Shown here: in pieces, positions 50,420-60,969 of the stretch
Layout: the number at the start of each line of letters is the position of its first letter
Numbering within the stretch: position 1 is the first letter of the stretch
Source of the DNA: Methanotrichaceae archaeon
GTDB taxonomy: Archaea > Halobacteriota > Methanosarcinia > Methanotrichales > Methanotrichaceae
DNA: 64,000 nt
Reading direction: 5' to 3'
Assembly: GCA_963754945.1 (NCBI GenBank)
Contig: CAVWIG010000018.1
Location: 1 to 64,000, forward strand
Made by a program: the position numbers and the translations under genes
The notes under the pieces: model-generated
What the model was told of the DNA's origin: nothing
Database searches by the model: none
Seen by the model: the letters and a program-made list of their open reading frames with translations, nothing else

Positions 50420-51607
50420 TTGTTTTTAGTAGGAGAGGCTCTCATCGGCAAAGAGCCGGAGATAGCCCATATAGATCTGCTCATCGGGGACAAGGAGGGA
50501 CCGGTGGGTATTGCCTTTGCAAACGGGCTGACCCAGCTCTCGGCCGGACACACTCCGTTGCTGTCGGTCATCAGGCCGAACCTCCCCCCCAAGCCTGCCA
50601 CGCTGATCGTGCCCAAGGTGACTGTTAAGAACATGGCGCAAGCCGCCCAGATCTTTGGACCGGCCCAGACCGCTGTGGCCAAGGCGGTAGCCGATTCGGT
50701 GGCCGAGGGAGTGATTCCCAGGGAGAAGGTCGAGGATATGGTGGTCATCGTCTCGGTGTTCATCCACCCAGAGGCCAAGGACTACGATGCCATCTACAGG
50801 TACAACTACGGAGCAACCAAGCTGGCACTGCAGAGGGCCATGGAAGGCTTCCCGGACATCGAAAAGGTCCTGTACGAGAAGGACAGGTCAACTCATCCCA
50901 TCATGGGATTCAGAGTCACACGCCTGTGGAACCCACCTTACCTGCAGGTTGCCTTCGATCTGGTGGACCTCTCCGAAGTCAAGAGGGTGCTGGCTGCGCT
51001 GCCTGACAGCGACCACCTACTCATCGAGGTAGGTACGCCTCTGGTTAAGATGCTGGGCATCCAGGTCGTCAGGGAGATCAGGGCCATTCGTCCCGGAGCC
51101 TTCGTAATCCTGGACCTCAAGACCCTGGACACCGGTAACCTTGAGGTACGCCTTGCCGCGGACTCCACGGCTGATGCGGTGGTAATATCCGGCCTCGCAC
51201 CCAAGAAGACCCTGGAGCTGTCCATCAACGAGGCCAGGAAGACCGGCATCTACTCGATCATCGACATGCTTAACGTGAACGATCCCCTTGCTGTGCTCAA
51301 GGACCTGTCTGTCCTTCCGGACGTGGTCGAGCTGCACAGGGCCATCGATAACGAAAATAGCTCCCACGCCTGGCAGAACATACTAGAGATGAAGGCTCTG
51401 GCCAAACCGGACAGAAAACTGCTGGTTGCCGTAGCCGGTGGAATAAGGGTCGACACAGTGGGCCAGGCTCTTGCGGCTGGCGCAGATGTGATAGTCGTTG
51501 GCCGGGCTATAACCAGGTCCAAGGACATCAGGGACACGGCTGAGCAGTTCCTGGCAGGGCTCAAGCAGACGGAGATTGACCAGTACAGGATCATGACGGA
51601 CTTCTAA
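50420..51607 (+). CDS. fae-hps: Bifunctional formaldehyde-activating enzyme / 3-hexulose-6-phosphate synthase
   Basis: [17 protein letters not shown] and [12 protein letters not shown] (Fae); [20 protein letters not shown] and VAGGI (Hps). Confidence 0.95.
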   Translation: MFLVGEALIGKEPEIAHIDLLIGDKEGPVGIAFANGLTQLSAGHTPLLSVIRPNLPPKPATLIVPKVTVKNMAQAAQIFGPAQTAVAKAVADSVAEGVIPREKVEDMVVIVSVFIHPEAKDYDAIYRYNYGATKLALQRAMEGFPDIEKVLYEKDRSTHPIMGFRVTRLWNPPYLQVAFDLVDLSEVKRVLAALPDSDHLLIEVGTPLVKMLGIQVVREIRAIRPGAFVILDLKTLDTGNLEVRLAADSTADAVVISGLAPKKTLELSINEARKTGIYSIIDMLNVNDPLAVLKDLSVLPDVVELHRAIDNENSSHAWQNILEMKALAKPDRKLLVAVAGGIRVDTVGQALAAGADVIVVGRAITRSKDIRDTAEQFLAGLKQTEIDQYRIMTDF

Positions 51608-51616
51608 ACTAAACCG

Positions 51617-52942
51617 ATGATCCTTCCTTTTTTTCTCGTCCTTTTATCCCTTATCGGAACAGTCAGCGCCCTGGATGTGCAGGTAGGCGAGGACGTTCAT
51701 CCAACGGGAGCGGTCATTCTGGTCGTGGACGGATTCGGCGCGAGCTATGTCTACCCCGAGTACACGCCCTACGCCCTGGACGGCTCAGCCCTGGACAAGG
51801 CCCTGCTCTTCAACCTGACCGGAAACGCAGCCAGGGTCCTGGACGTGCGAGTTCCAGTGCCTGAGACTCTAAAGAGCCACAGCGTGCTCGTAACCGGCGA
51901 TCCAAACGCAGATCCCGAGGCCCTCGGCCCGACCATCTTCGACCAGGCCCGGAAGAAGGGCTACCTATGCCTGGCGTTACTCCAGCGGGGCGACACATTG
52001 GAGATGTTGAAAAAGCAGGACGGAGTTCTCTATTTTGACAACAACTCAATACCCGGACCCGGACCGACGATCGGAGCCAGGGGGAGTCTGCCCGAGGACA
52101 TCCGCCAGGACCTTGGCCTCTGGCAGAGCAGGTTCCAGGATTACGCCTCGAATCACGGCCAGAAAGCATACGCAGATTACAACCGTTTTGAGCTGGATGC
52201 CGCTGCTGATTTGGTCGAACGGCTGGGATCGCGGCCGTTTGTACTTTTCATGAACGTGGGTGGAGTGGACAGCGTCGGCCAGGATTTAGGGTCCGTTGGG
52301 TACATCCAGACGATCCAATCGCTGGACGCTCCTTTGGGCCAATTGGCCGAGGCCTGCCAGAGAAACGGCATCGTTCTGGCGGTAACGGCAGACCACGGAA
52401 TGTCCTTCCCAAAGCCAGGAAAGAGCAAAGGAGCTCACGCTTCGGGCAAGTACTCGACAAGGCTGGAAAGCCTGCGCATACCTCTGGTAGTTCGCGGGCC
52501 GGGGGTGGACAACCTGAGCCTGAGTGGCGTGTGGTCCCAGGTAAATATCGCTCCTACCATCCTGGAGCTGCTCGACATTCGTGAGAACTTCTCCGGGTCC
52601 GCGGGAATTCCGCTGAAGAAGAGCTACGATCTTAGGGTGGCGGGTGCGAAAGGAGATGTTGCGATTTACAGGGGCGAAGATCTTGTGGCAAACGCCTCCG
52701 GAGAGGAGATCACTTTCAAAGGCCTGCCCAGAGGAATCTACACCATCAAGAGCGGCTCGACGCCAGTTCAGATTTGCCTGAACGGAGATAAGATGATGAA
52801 TCTGAACCTCGTGGAGAAGTCCGTGCCTAGCGTGTGGCTCCCCCAGGATTTACGCAAGATCATCGGACCGGCTCTGATCCTGATCATCAACCTGATCGGC
52901 GTGGCTGTGATCGTAAGGATCGTAAGGAAGGATGAGCATTAG
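51617..52942 (+). CDS. Membrane-anchored alkaline phosphatase/sulfatase superfamily protein
   Basis: Signal peptide, ILVVDG, TADHGM and IAPTILELL motifs; C-terminal TM helix. Confidence 0.8.
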   Translation: MILPFFLVLLSLIGTVSALDVQVGEDVHPTGAVILVVDGFGASYVYPEYTPYALDGSALDKALLFNLTGNAARVLDVRVPVPETLKSHSVLVTGDPNADPEALGPTIFDQARKKGYLCLALLQRGDTLEMLKKQDGVLYFDNNSIPGPGPTIGARGSLPEDIRQDLGLWQSRFQDYASNHGQKAYADYNRFELDAAADLVERLGSRPFVLFMNVGGVDSVGQDLGSVGYIQTIQSLDAPLGQLAEACQRNGIVLAVTADHGMSFPKPGKSKGAHASGKYSTRLESLRIPLVVRGPGVDNLSLSGVWSQVNIAPTILELLDIRENFSGSAGIPLKKSYDLRVAGAKGDVAIYRGEDLVANASGEEITFKGLPRGIYTIKSGSTPVQICLNGDKMMNLNLVEKSVPSVWLPQDLRKIIGPALILIINLIGVAVIVRIVRKDEH

Positions 52943-53034
52943 AGCCGAGGTTTAGATGGGACTCTGCGACTCATCGTCTCTTTTTCGAAAAGAAGTTACT
53001 CGGTTGAGATAAGGTCTAGAAAACGCCCTTTTCT

Positions 53035-53113
53035 TAAGAAAGCTTAAAATCGCATATCTTTTCATAAATCCTATGAATTAAACATATCTTTTCCTAAACA
53101 CCCTTATAAAATA
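53035..53113 (+). promoter_or_regulatory. amt1 promoter with palindromic candidate operator
   Basis: TTCATA-aatcc-TATGAA (53061-53077), CATATCTTTTC direct repeat (53053, 53083), TATA-like CTTATAAAATA (53103-53113). Confidence 0.45.
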
Positions 53114-53141
53114 AGCATTTATCTTAACGAGCGGTGGTAAC

Positions 53142-54404
53142 ATGCGTACATTCTGGTTCTTGACACTATTAGCTCTGCTCATAGGCACAGCGTCGGCCGC
53201 AGACGGACAGATAAATGCTGCCGATAACGCCTGGGTCATGATCAGCGCAGCCCTGGTCTTGATCATGATCCCAGGAGTGGGCTTTTTCTACGGAGGTATG
53301 GTCAGAAAGAAGAATGCCATATCCACGATCATATTCAGCTTCGCCATCATGGGCATAATCAGCCTTCAATGGATACTCTATGGATACAGCCTGGTATTCG
53401 GCAAGGACATCGGAGGGATAATAGGAGGCCTAGACTTCCTCGGCCTGAATGGAGTCGGCATGGGAGTCAAGGAAGGCCTGACAATACCGGCCCTGACGTT
53501 CATGATATTCCAGGCCATGTTCGCCATAATAACAGTCTCCCTGATATCGGGAAGCTTTGTCGAGAGGATTAAGTTCAGCTCCTTCCTGATCTTCTCGCTG
53601 CTCTGGGCCACCCTTGTTTATGACCCCGTAGCTCACTGGGTTTGGGGAGGAGGATGGCTTGGCCAGATGGGGGCTCTGGACTTCGCCGGAGGTTTGGTGG
53701 TTCACATCAGCGCGGGAGTCTCGGCCCTCGCAATAGCCGCTGTCATAGGGGCCAGGAAAGGCTTTGGCACTGACCCGATGGAGCCGCACAACATCCCAAC
53801 GACCGTCATGGGAGCTGCCCTGCTATGGTTCGGCTGGTTCGGCTTCAACGCCGGCTCTGCACTGGCGGCTAACGGCGTCGCAGCCAACGCCTTCGTCACC
53901 ACCAACACGGCAGCGGCCGCAGCCGCAACAACATGGATGCTCCTCTCATGGAGGCAGAGGGCTCCGAGCGCTCTTGGAATGGTAACCGGAGCTGTGGCTG
54001 GGCTAGCGGCAGTCACACCAGCCGCGGGGTTTGTTACACCTCTATACGCAGTTGTAATCGGGATCGGAGCCTCAATCTTCTGCTACTACGCCATACTGAT
54101 AGTCAGGGGGTCCAAGAAGGTTGACGATTCGCTGGACGTCCTGGCCTGCCACGGAATAGGCAGCACCTGGGGCGTTTTCGCAACCGGCCTGTTCGCAAGC
54201 ATCGGCGCTTCGGGGCTTGTTGCAGGAAATTCATCCCAGGTAGGAATACAGTCGATAGCAATCGCAGCAGTCTGGATCTACTCCTTCGTTGTCACTGTTG
54301 GAATAGCCAAGGTCATCGACGCGCTGATGGGCCTGCGGGTCAGGGACGAGGAAGAGTCGGTGGGACTGGACATCAGCCAGCACGGCGAGGGAGCCTACGT
54401 TTGA
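53142..54404 (+). CDS. amtB: Ammonium transporter (Amt), copy 1, with N-terminal signal peptide
   Basis: [32 protein letters not shown] and GLDISQHGE. Confidence 0.95.
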   Translation: MRTFWFLTLLALLIGTASAADGQINAADNAWVMISAALVLIMIPGVGFFYGGMVRKKNAISTIIFSFAIMGIISLQWILYGYSLVFGKDIGGIIGGLDFLGLNGVGMGVKEGLTIPALTFMIFQAMFAIITVSLISGSFVERIKFSSFLIFSLLWATLVYDPVAHWVWGGGWLGQMGALDFAGGLVVHISAGVSALAIAAVIGARKGFGTDPMEPHNIPTTVMGAALLWFGWFGFNAGSALAANGVAANAFVTTNTAAAAAATTWMLLSWRQRAPSALGMVTGAVAGLAAVTPAAGFVTPLYAVVIGIGASIFCYYAILIVRGSKKVDDSLDVLACHGIGSTWGVFATGLFASIGASGLVAGNSSQVGIQSIAIAAVWIYSFVVTVGIAKVIDALMGLRVRDEEESVGLDISQHGEGAYV

Positions 54405-54411
54405 GGTTGAA

Positions 54412-54750
54412 ATGAAGAAGATCGAAGCGATAATCCGGCCTGAGAAGTTGAATGCTGTGCGGGTGGCCCTAGACCAGAAGGGGTTCTCCAGCATGACAGC
54501 CACCGAGGTGAAGGGCCGGGGCAGACAGAAGGGCATCGCCCTCCAGTGGCGGGCTGGGGACTACCGGGTGGAGTTCCTGCCCAAGGTGAAGCTGGAGATA
54601 GTAGTGGACGATAAAGACGCCGAGACTGTGATAGACGCCATCTGCGACACTGTGCAGACCGGAGAGGTGGGGGACGGAAAGATCTTCGTCTACCCGGTCG
54701 AGGACGTGGTCAGGGTAAGGACGAAGGAGAGAGGGTGCACTGCGATTTAG
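54412..54750 (+). CDS. glnK: PII nitrogen regulator GlnK, copy 1
   Basis: MKKIEAIIRP, GRGRQKG, TGEVGDGKIFV and RVRTKERG. Confidence 0.95.
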   Translation: MKKIEAIIRPEKLNAVRVALDQKGFSSMTATEVKGRGRQKGIALQWRAGDYRVEFLPKVKLEIVVDDKDAETVIDAICDTVQTGEVGDGKIFVYPVEDVVRVRTKERGCTAI

Positions 54751-54860
54751 TGACTCTCTGCTTCAACTATTTTTCTTCGTCTATTCTTTGTTTCATCTCC
54801 GCACTCATCGATTCAATTCGATATAACACCAACTCCCTTTTTTATTAGACTCTGTGTCTT

Positions 54861-54941
54861 TAAGAGTTGTGCTTACTTGTGCTTAATTTGTATGAATCCT
54901 TCATAGATCTTCCGAAATAATATCAAATATCCTTTTAAATA
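54861..54941 (+). promoter_or_regulatory. amt2 promoter with palindromic candidate operator
   Basis: TATGAA-tcc-TTCATA (54891-54905), TTGTGCTTA direct repeat, TATA-like CTTTTAAATA (~54932-54941). Confidence 0.45.
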
Positions 54942-55051
54942 TCCCAGTAAGGGGGTTAGATAGTGAAGCCATGAGCAGGATTTCTCTGAGGGGATGACTG
55001 CGTACATTGATAAAATTTGAATAAGTAAGCTTCATATATAGTTATAGAAAG

Positions 55052-56272
55052 GTGAGTGAGTTGGTACTAAACAGTGGAGACACAGCATGGGTCCTGGCGG
55101 CCACGGCATTAGTGATGATCATGACGCCAGGAGTTGGATTCTTCTACGGCGGGCTTTTACGAAACAAGTCTGTCGTCAATATGATGGGACTATCGTTCCT
55201 GGCCTTTGCCATGGTCAGTGTTCAGTGGGTCCTCTTCGGATACAGCCTGGCCTTCGGTCCGGACGTGTCCGGGTTCGTAGGCAACCTCAACTATTTAGTA
55301 TTGCACGGAGTGGGCCTTGATCCAGGAGTTTGGGCCAACAACATACCGGCTCTGGCGCACATGATATTCCAGCTTGTGTTCGCCACAGTCACCCTGGCAA
55401 TATTGACATCCTGCGTTGCTGAGCGGGTCAAGTTCAGCTCGTTCATAGTCCTCGGCCTGCTCTGGACCACACTGGTCTACGACCCCCTGGCCCACTGGGT
55501 CTGGGCTGGAGGCTGGACTGCGCAGATGGGCGCTCTCGACTTCGCAGGAGGCACCGTAGTTCATATAAGCTCTGGTTTCGGTGCCCTGGCCATAGCTCTT
55601 GTCATCGGCAAGAGGATAGGATACGGCGCATCGTACATCATGGAGCCCCACAACATCCCCATGTCGATACTTGGCGCTGCATTGCTCTGGTTCGGATGGT
55701 TCGGGTTCAACTCCGGCTCCGCGCTAGCAGCTAACGGCCTGGCAGCATCGGCCTTCGTGGTCACAAACACGGCTGCAGCAGCCGGCGCTCTGACCTGGCT
55801 GGCGGCAAGCTGGCTGAAGGGCAAGCCCAGCACCATGGGAATGGCAAGCGGTGCAATAGCCGGACTTGTGGCCATCACGCCAGCTTCAGGATACGTCGAT
55901 ACATCTGCCGCCTTGATAATAGGAGGCGTTGCAGGAGTCCTGTGCTATGGAGCACTGCTCTTCAGGGTCAGCAGAGGTCTCGATGAGAGCTGCGATGCCT
56001 GGTCGGTTCACGGCACTGGCGGATTGTGGGGAGCTATAGCCACGGGTATATTCGCCAACCCAGTGGTCAACGGCTTCGCCGGTCTGCTGTACGGAAACCC
56101 ACACCAGCTCATGGTGCAGATAATAGCAGCCGGAGCAGCAGTGATATACGCGTTCGTGTTGACGTATGTCCTGGCCAAGATCGTGGATATGACATTAGGC
56201 CTCAGAGTAACAGAGGACGAGGAGTACGTCGGACTGGACATCTCCCAGCACGGCGAGAAAGCCTACGCCTGA
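55052..56272 (+). CDS. amtB: Ammonium transporter (Amt), copy 2
   Basis: [27 protein letters not shown] and GLDISQHGE. Confidence 0.95.
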   Translation: MSELVLNSGDTAWVLAATALVMIMTPGVGFFYGGLLRNKSVVNMMGLSFLAFAMVSVQWVLFGYSLAFGPDVSGFVGNLNYLVLHGVGLDPGVWANNIPALAHMIFQLVFATVTLAILTSCVAERVKFSSFIVLGLLWTTLVYDPLAHWVWAGGWTAQMGALDFAGGTVVHISSGFGALAIALVIGKRIGYGASYIMEPHNIPMSILGAALLWFGWFGFNSGSALAANGLAASAFVVTNTAAAAGALTWLAASWLKGKPSTMGMASGAIAGLVAITPASGYVDTSAALIIGGVAGVLCYGALLFRVSRGLDESCDAWSVHGTGGLWGAIATGIFANPVVNGFAGLLYGNPHQLMVQIIAAGAAVIYAFVLTYVLAKIVDMTLGLRVTEDEEYVGLDISQHGEKAYA

Positions 56273-56282
56273 GGTGGATTAG

Positions 56283-56636
<354 letters not shown>

Positions 56637-56804
56637 GGAATAAGATTACAAGATCCCTCCAACCACCGAAAGATCAGGTAGAACAGGGCATAGAGAGATA
56701 GGAAGACTATCTCTCCTCTAACCCTGGCATGTTGAGCAGAAAATTGTAGAGAGAATAATAAGTAAAAGATAATACTGGTAATAATTAAATAATAATAAGA
56801 ACTT

Positions 56805-57938
56805 TCAGATGGAAAGGAGATATCCCGGCATTCTCGGCATAAGCCATCTGATAAGGCTCTTGTAAGTGCCCTTCATTGCAGGAACCTCTAGGAACTTATC
56901 CAGGAAATCGTCTCTTGTGGCAAGCATTCTGAAGAACATCTCTGGCCAACTATGCATTATCTTTGCCATGATCAATGAATACTTCAGGTCGTCTCCAAAA
57001 TCCCTTTTGCATCTCTGTTGATAGGACCCGGCAAGATCAAGACCGTCGTCCTCCAGCTTATCTGCCGCTGTCTGTGCAGCATTCTGGCCTGATTTTATAG
57101 CGTAGGCTATGCCCTCCCCTGTAAAGGAGTCAACGAAACCGGCAGAATCGCCTGCCAGGAGAACTCGCGGGCTGGCCGTGACCCTGCTCATGCCTCCGAA
57201 GGGTATCATATGACCTCGCAGCTTGTAGCTGCCATCAAAGCCGTTCTTCCTCAAGAAGTCGGTCATGACCTTTCTGGGGTTGGACAGGTCTTTGGCCATG
57301 CCGCCTATACCTACCGAGTAATAGCCGTTATGGGGAAATATCCAGCCGTAACCCAATCGTGCTACCCCGAAATGAATCTCCAGGGCGTTCCCGAGACGCG
57401 TATCGATAACCCCATTCTCCTCTGGGATCTCCGTCACCACGCAGACCCCGTAACGATCCTTTCCGTCCCTTTCCCTCACGCTCTCTTGAAGCCTGTTCTG
57501 AGAGCCTGCAGCAACTATCAGGCACTTTGAGCGATAGGTCTCTTCGGCTGCTCTGACCTCGACTTTTTCGCTGTCCTCCCGGAAATCCAAGACCTTCTGA
57601 CCCGTGACCACATGAACGCCTGTCTCACGTGCCTTTTTTAAAAGAAAATCATCGAAGGCTGACCTTGTAAGAGTAACGGTAAGTCGATAATCTTTGTGCC
57701 TATCGATAACGCGATCGCCGAAACAAATTCTGGCCCCGGTTATGCTCCTCTCGCAGATGTTTTCGGGAAGGGAGAAATCCAGGTAGGAGAGTGCCCGCTC
57801 AGACAGGCCCCCACCACAGGGTTTGTACCTGGGAAATCGGTCCTTGTCGATCAGCAGAACATCCAGGCCCATCTTGCCAGCTTCCCTTGCTGCAGAAGAT
57901 CCCGCTGGCCCGGCTCCGGCGATGATCAGGTCGTACAT
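56805..57938 (-). CDS. Geranylgeranyl reductase family flavoprotein
   Basis: GAGPAGS, FPRYKPCGG, GYGWIFP and GDSAGFVDSFTGEGI. Confidence 0.9.
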   Translation of the reverse strand: MYDLIIAGAGPAGSSAAREAGKMGLDVLLIDKDRFPRYKPCGGGLSERALSYLDFSLPENICERSITGARICFGDRVIDRHKDYRLTVTLTRSAFDDFLLKKARETGVHVVTGQKVLDFREDSEKVEVRAAEETYRSKCLIVAAGSQNRLQESVRERDGKDRYGVCVVTEIPEENGVIDTRLGNALEIHFGVARLGYGWIFPHNGYYSVGIGGMAKDLSNPRKVMTDFLRKNGFDGSYKLRGHMIPFGGMSRVTASPRVLLAGDSAGFVDSFTGEGIAYAIKSGQNAAQTAADKLEDDGLDLAGSYQQRCKRDFGDDLKYSLIMAKIMHSWPEMFFRMLATRDDFLDKFLEVPAMKGTYKSLIRWLMPRMPGYLLSI

Positions 57939-58311
57939 GGCCTATGCCACCAACCCAAGATTGATTGGGCCTTTCAAATTTAGAGATCGGTGGTCCGATT
58001 CAGAAACTGAAACCCGATGATTTTTTTTCCTTAGCCGCATGAGGTCTCCTTCTATAGTTCAACTGCTGTTCAGTTTCAAACTACATTAGAATTGCTCTTT
58101 ATGCATTAAAAAACTTGCGAAGAGTTCGTGTCAAACGGGAAGCAAGGACCCCTAGGGCTAAAGGTAGAGAGGGAAACCGAAAGTCAGGTCGAATACTGTC
58201 GAATCAACCGTGTCATTGAATTGAGATCTATAGATAGTTCGATTAAGCAAATGGCCACTACAAAACTGATTTTCTGAATGGACAAAAAATAAGAAAGAGC
58301 GGGTTATTGAA

Positions 58312-58776
58312 CTAGCCGAAGAAGATGGATGAGAAGAACTTCAATACTGGAAGGCTTGATAGAACAGCGGAGAGCTTCAGCTTGGTAACAAACGTTGTAC
58401 CCTCAATATTTACCTGCCCGTAGCCCTTCTCCGCCTGGAAAGCTGCCACAGGATCACCCGAGGCTTTTATCCGTTCTATAGCGCCCTCTGTTGCTGACAC
58501 GATAATGGTGGGGTTCTGGACCCCACCTATGACAGTTCTGCTGATCCGCGCGTTTTGGGTTTCAAATCCCACAGAAAAAATGCCTCCGTCGTTCGAAGTT
58601 ATGTTCAGATCGATCATTTCGTTTCCAATAAGGCCTTTCAGGAGATCAGGAGCACCATCGATTCTTTGGTTGTAAGTGTCCACATAATTCTGTATCTGGC
58701 TTTGTGTAAATGATGCGCTGGCAACTGAAAGAGATACCGCAAAGAGCATCAGGAGCCCCAAGACTGTGTATCGCAT
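58312..58776 (-). CDS. Hypothetical secreted protein (possibly SCP2-like fold)
   Basis: Signal peptide starting MRYTVLG; alpha/beta pattern ending G.VNIEG. The fold call is tentative. Confidence 0.6.
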   Translation of the reverse strand: MRYTVLGLLMLFAVSLSVASASFTQSQIQNYVDTYNQRIDGAPDLLKGLIGNEMIDLNITSNDGGIFSVGFETQNARISRTVIGGVQNPTIIVSATEGAIERIKASGDPVAAFQAEKGYGQVNIEGTTFVTKLKLSAVLSSLPVLKFFSSIFFG

Positions 58777-58973
58777 GATCTTTTCTTTGGGCCTATTCAG
58801 ATAAATATCTGGTGTATTGGCAGAGTAGTGGTCAGTTTGGAGGACACTTACGATCCTTCGATAAGAATAACCAGAGGTGCTAGCCTGTTTCGCATGCGGC
58901 TTGTGCCCAAAACCTCTTGTAAAAGTCAAAATCATAGAATCCTTTAAGTACATTCCTTCTAAATAGTGATCTA

Positions 58974-60068
58974 ATGAACGCCCTCGTGCTCTGCATCGAC
59001 CGCGACGACGACCTTGGAAGAAAGGCTGAAGTGAAAAGCCCTGTCATAGGTCGAGATGCCAACATCGACGCTGCTGTGAGGCTTGGCACCGCAGATCCTG
59101 AGGACTCTGATACGAACACCATCTTCGGCGGGATCAAGGTGTTCGATGAGCTGGTGGCAGCGGGCAAGGAAGTGGAGATAGCCTCCATTGCCGGGGACAT
59201 AAAGGTAGGCTTGACATCGGACGAGAAGCTCGCAGCTCAACTTGAGGAGCTTATCTCCCGCTTCAAACCCGATGGAGTGGTAGTTGTGTCCGATGGAGCA
59301 GAAGACGAGGCCATTCTTCCAATAATTCAGTCCAGGGTTAAAGTCAACGGAGTAAGAAGGATTCTCGTAAAGCAGAGCCCCAACCTGGAGAGCACATACT
59401 ACATCCTCAAGCAGCTCTTTACAGATCCGAAGATCAGCCACACTTTCTTCATCCCGCCGGGCCTGGCCTTGCTGATGTACTCCATCTTCAGCCTGCTGGG
59501 ATACCCCAATGGCGCTGTGGTTGCCATAACTGGAGCGATCGGACTGTATCTGCTCTTCAGGGGAGGACTGGATGAGTTCGTTGACGAAGCCAAGGTGACT
59601 TTGAGGACTTCTCTTTATGCGGGCAAGATTGCCTTCATAACCTACATCATGGCCGCCATGCTCGTGTTAATAGCTACAATGCAAGGCGCAGCCAGCCTCT
59701 GGGAATACTATCGGGGGGATATATGGTATGGTTACTTGACTCTCATAATGATTTATATAAATAATAGTATATGGTGGTACATAGCAGCAGGATTCTGCGC
59801 TGTGCTGGGCAAGATCATGGACATGTACCTGGAGGGCGAAAGAGACGCACGCACTTATTCCTATCTCTTCTTCCTGATTGCTACAGGGCTCATATTCTGG
59901 TCCGCCAGCGCCTTTATTCTGGCCAGCAACGCCAGCCTGAACTTCAGCCCAGGTCCTGGAAGATCCCTTCAATACCTGGCGGTTTCCGCTGTGCTGGCGG
60001 TCCTGATCACCTTAACAGGCGTAAACATCTCAAAACGTATTGCAAAACCGACAGAACCAGCCAAATGA
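58974..60068 (+). CDS. DUF373 family membrane protein
   Basis: LVLCIDRDDDLG, DPEDSDTN, VSDGAEDE and VKQSPNLESTYY. Confidence 0.9.
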   Translation: MNALVLCIDRDDDLGRKAEVKSPVIGRDANIDAAVRLGTADPEDSDTNTIFGGIKVFDELVAAGKEVEIASIAGDIKVGLTSDEKLAAQLEELISRFKPDGVVVVSDGAEDEAILPIIQSRVKVNGVRRILVKQSPNLESTYYILKQLFTDPKISHTFFIPPGLALLMYSIFSLLGYPNGAVVAITGAIGLYLLFRGGLDEFVDEAKVTLRTSLYAGKIAFITYIMAAMLVLIATMQGAASLWEYYRGDIWYGYLTLIMIYINNSIWWYIAAGFCAVLGKIMDMYLEGERDARTYSYLFFLIATGLIFWSASAFILASNASLNFSPGPGRSLQYLAVSAVLAVLITLTGVNISKRIAKPTEPAK

Positions 60069-60961
60069 CCTTTTCTATAGAGATCGATTCTAACGGGGAG
60101 AACTACCTCTGCGACTTCACCTTTGACTTCTTTTGGCAGCACCAAGGTTCCAGGCTCGATCCAGATCAAGCAGTCGACGGATCCAGTCGCAGAAAGCTTG
60201 TGGAGGCCCTGAAACTAGGAGAGACTGTTCACATAAGGGGCGATGCCGGGAGTGCGTTAGGGTCCAGCCTCGGTGTGGATCTGGTCAAACTTGGAGGAAA
60301 AGGAGGCGCGCTGCCTAACGTTGGCTGCATAATCGTCGATGGCAACGTTGGAAAGAGGATGGGGATCAGCATGCTCCGGGGAGCCGTATATCTTGGGGGC
60401 CAGGCCAAAGAGCCTCTCGGAAACGTGATCGAGGTCGAGTCAGATCGAACGGGTTACAGAAAGTTCGTATCAATAACCGAAGCCCTGGAGAAAAACATTC
60501 GGGTCCTTGAGCCCAACATCCTCAAAGATTCTGGGCTTTCCATTAACGACGGATTGTCTCGAGACACTGTCGGGTCAAGAAACCCGACCGAAAAGATCAT
60601 TCGCATCGACGGCAGCGCCGGTATGAGCACCGGAATTCTCATGCGTTCAGGCCATATTGAAGTCTTCGGAAACACGGATCGCAACACTGGTGTGCTGATG
60701 AGGGGAGGAAGAATCGTGGTGAGAGGGCAAACAGGCGACTTCACAGGAGCGGAGATGCTTGGCGGGGAGATCTTTGTCCATGGCCACGCAGGAAGCTATG
60801 CATGCGCCAGTATGAAGGACGGATCAATCTATGCCCCGAGCTGTAAGCCAGTACCTCCTGCAAGAGAGCACACATTAAACCAGAACGAGCTAGAGACGCT
60901 AATAAGGGTATTGGAGCTTAACCCCATCCATGCCATGATGTACAAAAGATGGGGACTCTAA
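60065..60961 (+). CDS. GXGXG-repeat (FwdC/FmdC / GltB-like beta-helix) protein
   Basis: Repeated G.xG..xG..M..G.I units; ATGA overlap with the DUF373 gene fixes the start at 60065. Confidence 0.8.
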   Translation: MTFSIEIDSNGENYLCDFTFDFFWQHQGSRLDPDQAVDGSSRRKLVEALKLGETVHIRGDAGSALGSSLGVDLVKLGGKGGALPNVGCIIVDGNVGKRMGISMLRGAVYLGGQAKEPLGNVIEVESDRTGYRKFVSITEALEKNIRVLEPNILKDSGLSINDGLSRDTVGSRNPTEKIIRIDGSAGMSTGILMRSGHIEVFGNTDRNTGVLMRGGRIVVRGQTGDFTGAEMLGGEIFVHGHAGSYACASMKDGSIYAPSCKPVPPAREHTLNQNELETLIRVLELNPIHAMMYKRWGL

Positions 60962-60969
60962 ATCAAACT

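Noticed and set aside
59771-60064. N-terminal extension of the GXGXG protein in the ORF track
   Set aside because: It overlaps the DUF373 gene in another frame; the ATGA junction supports a start at 60065.
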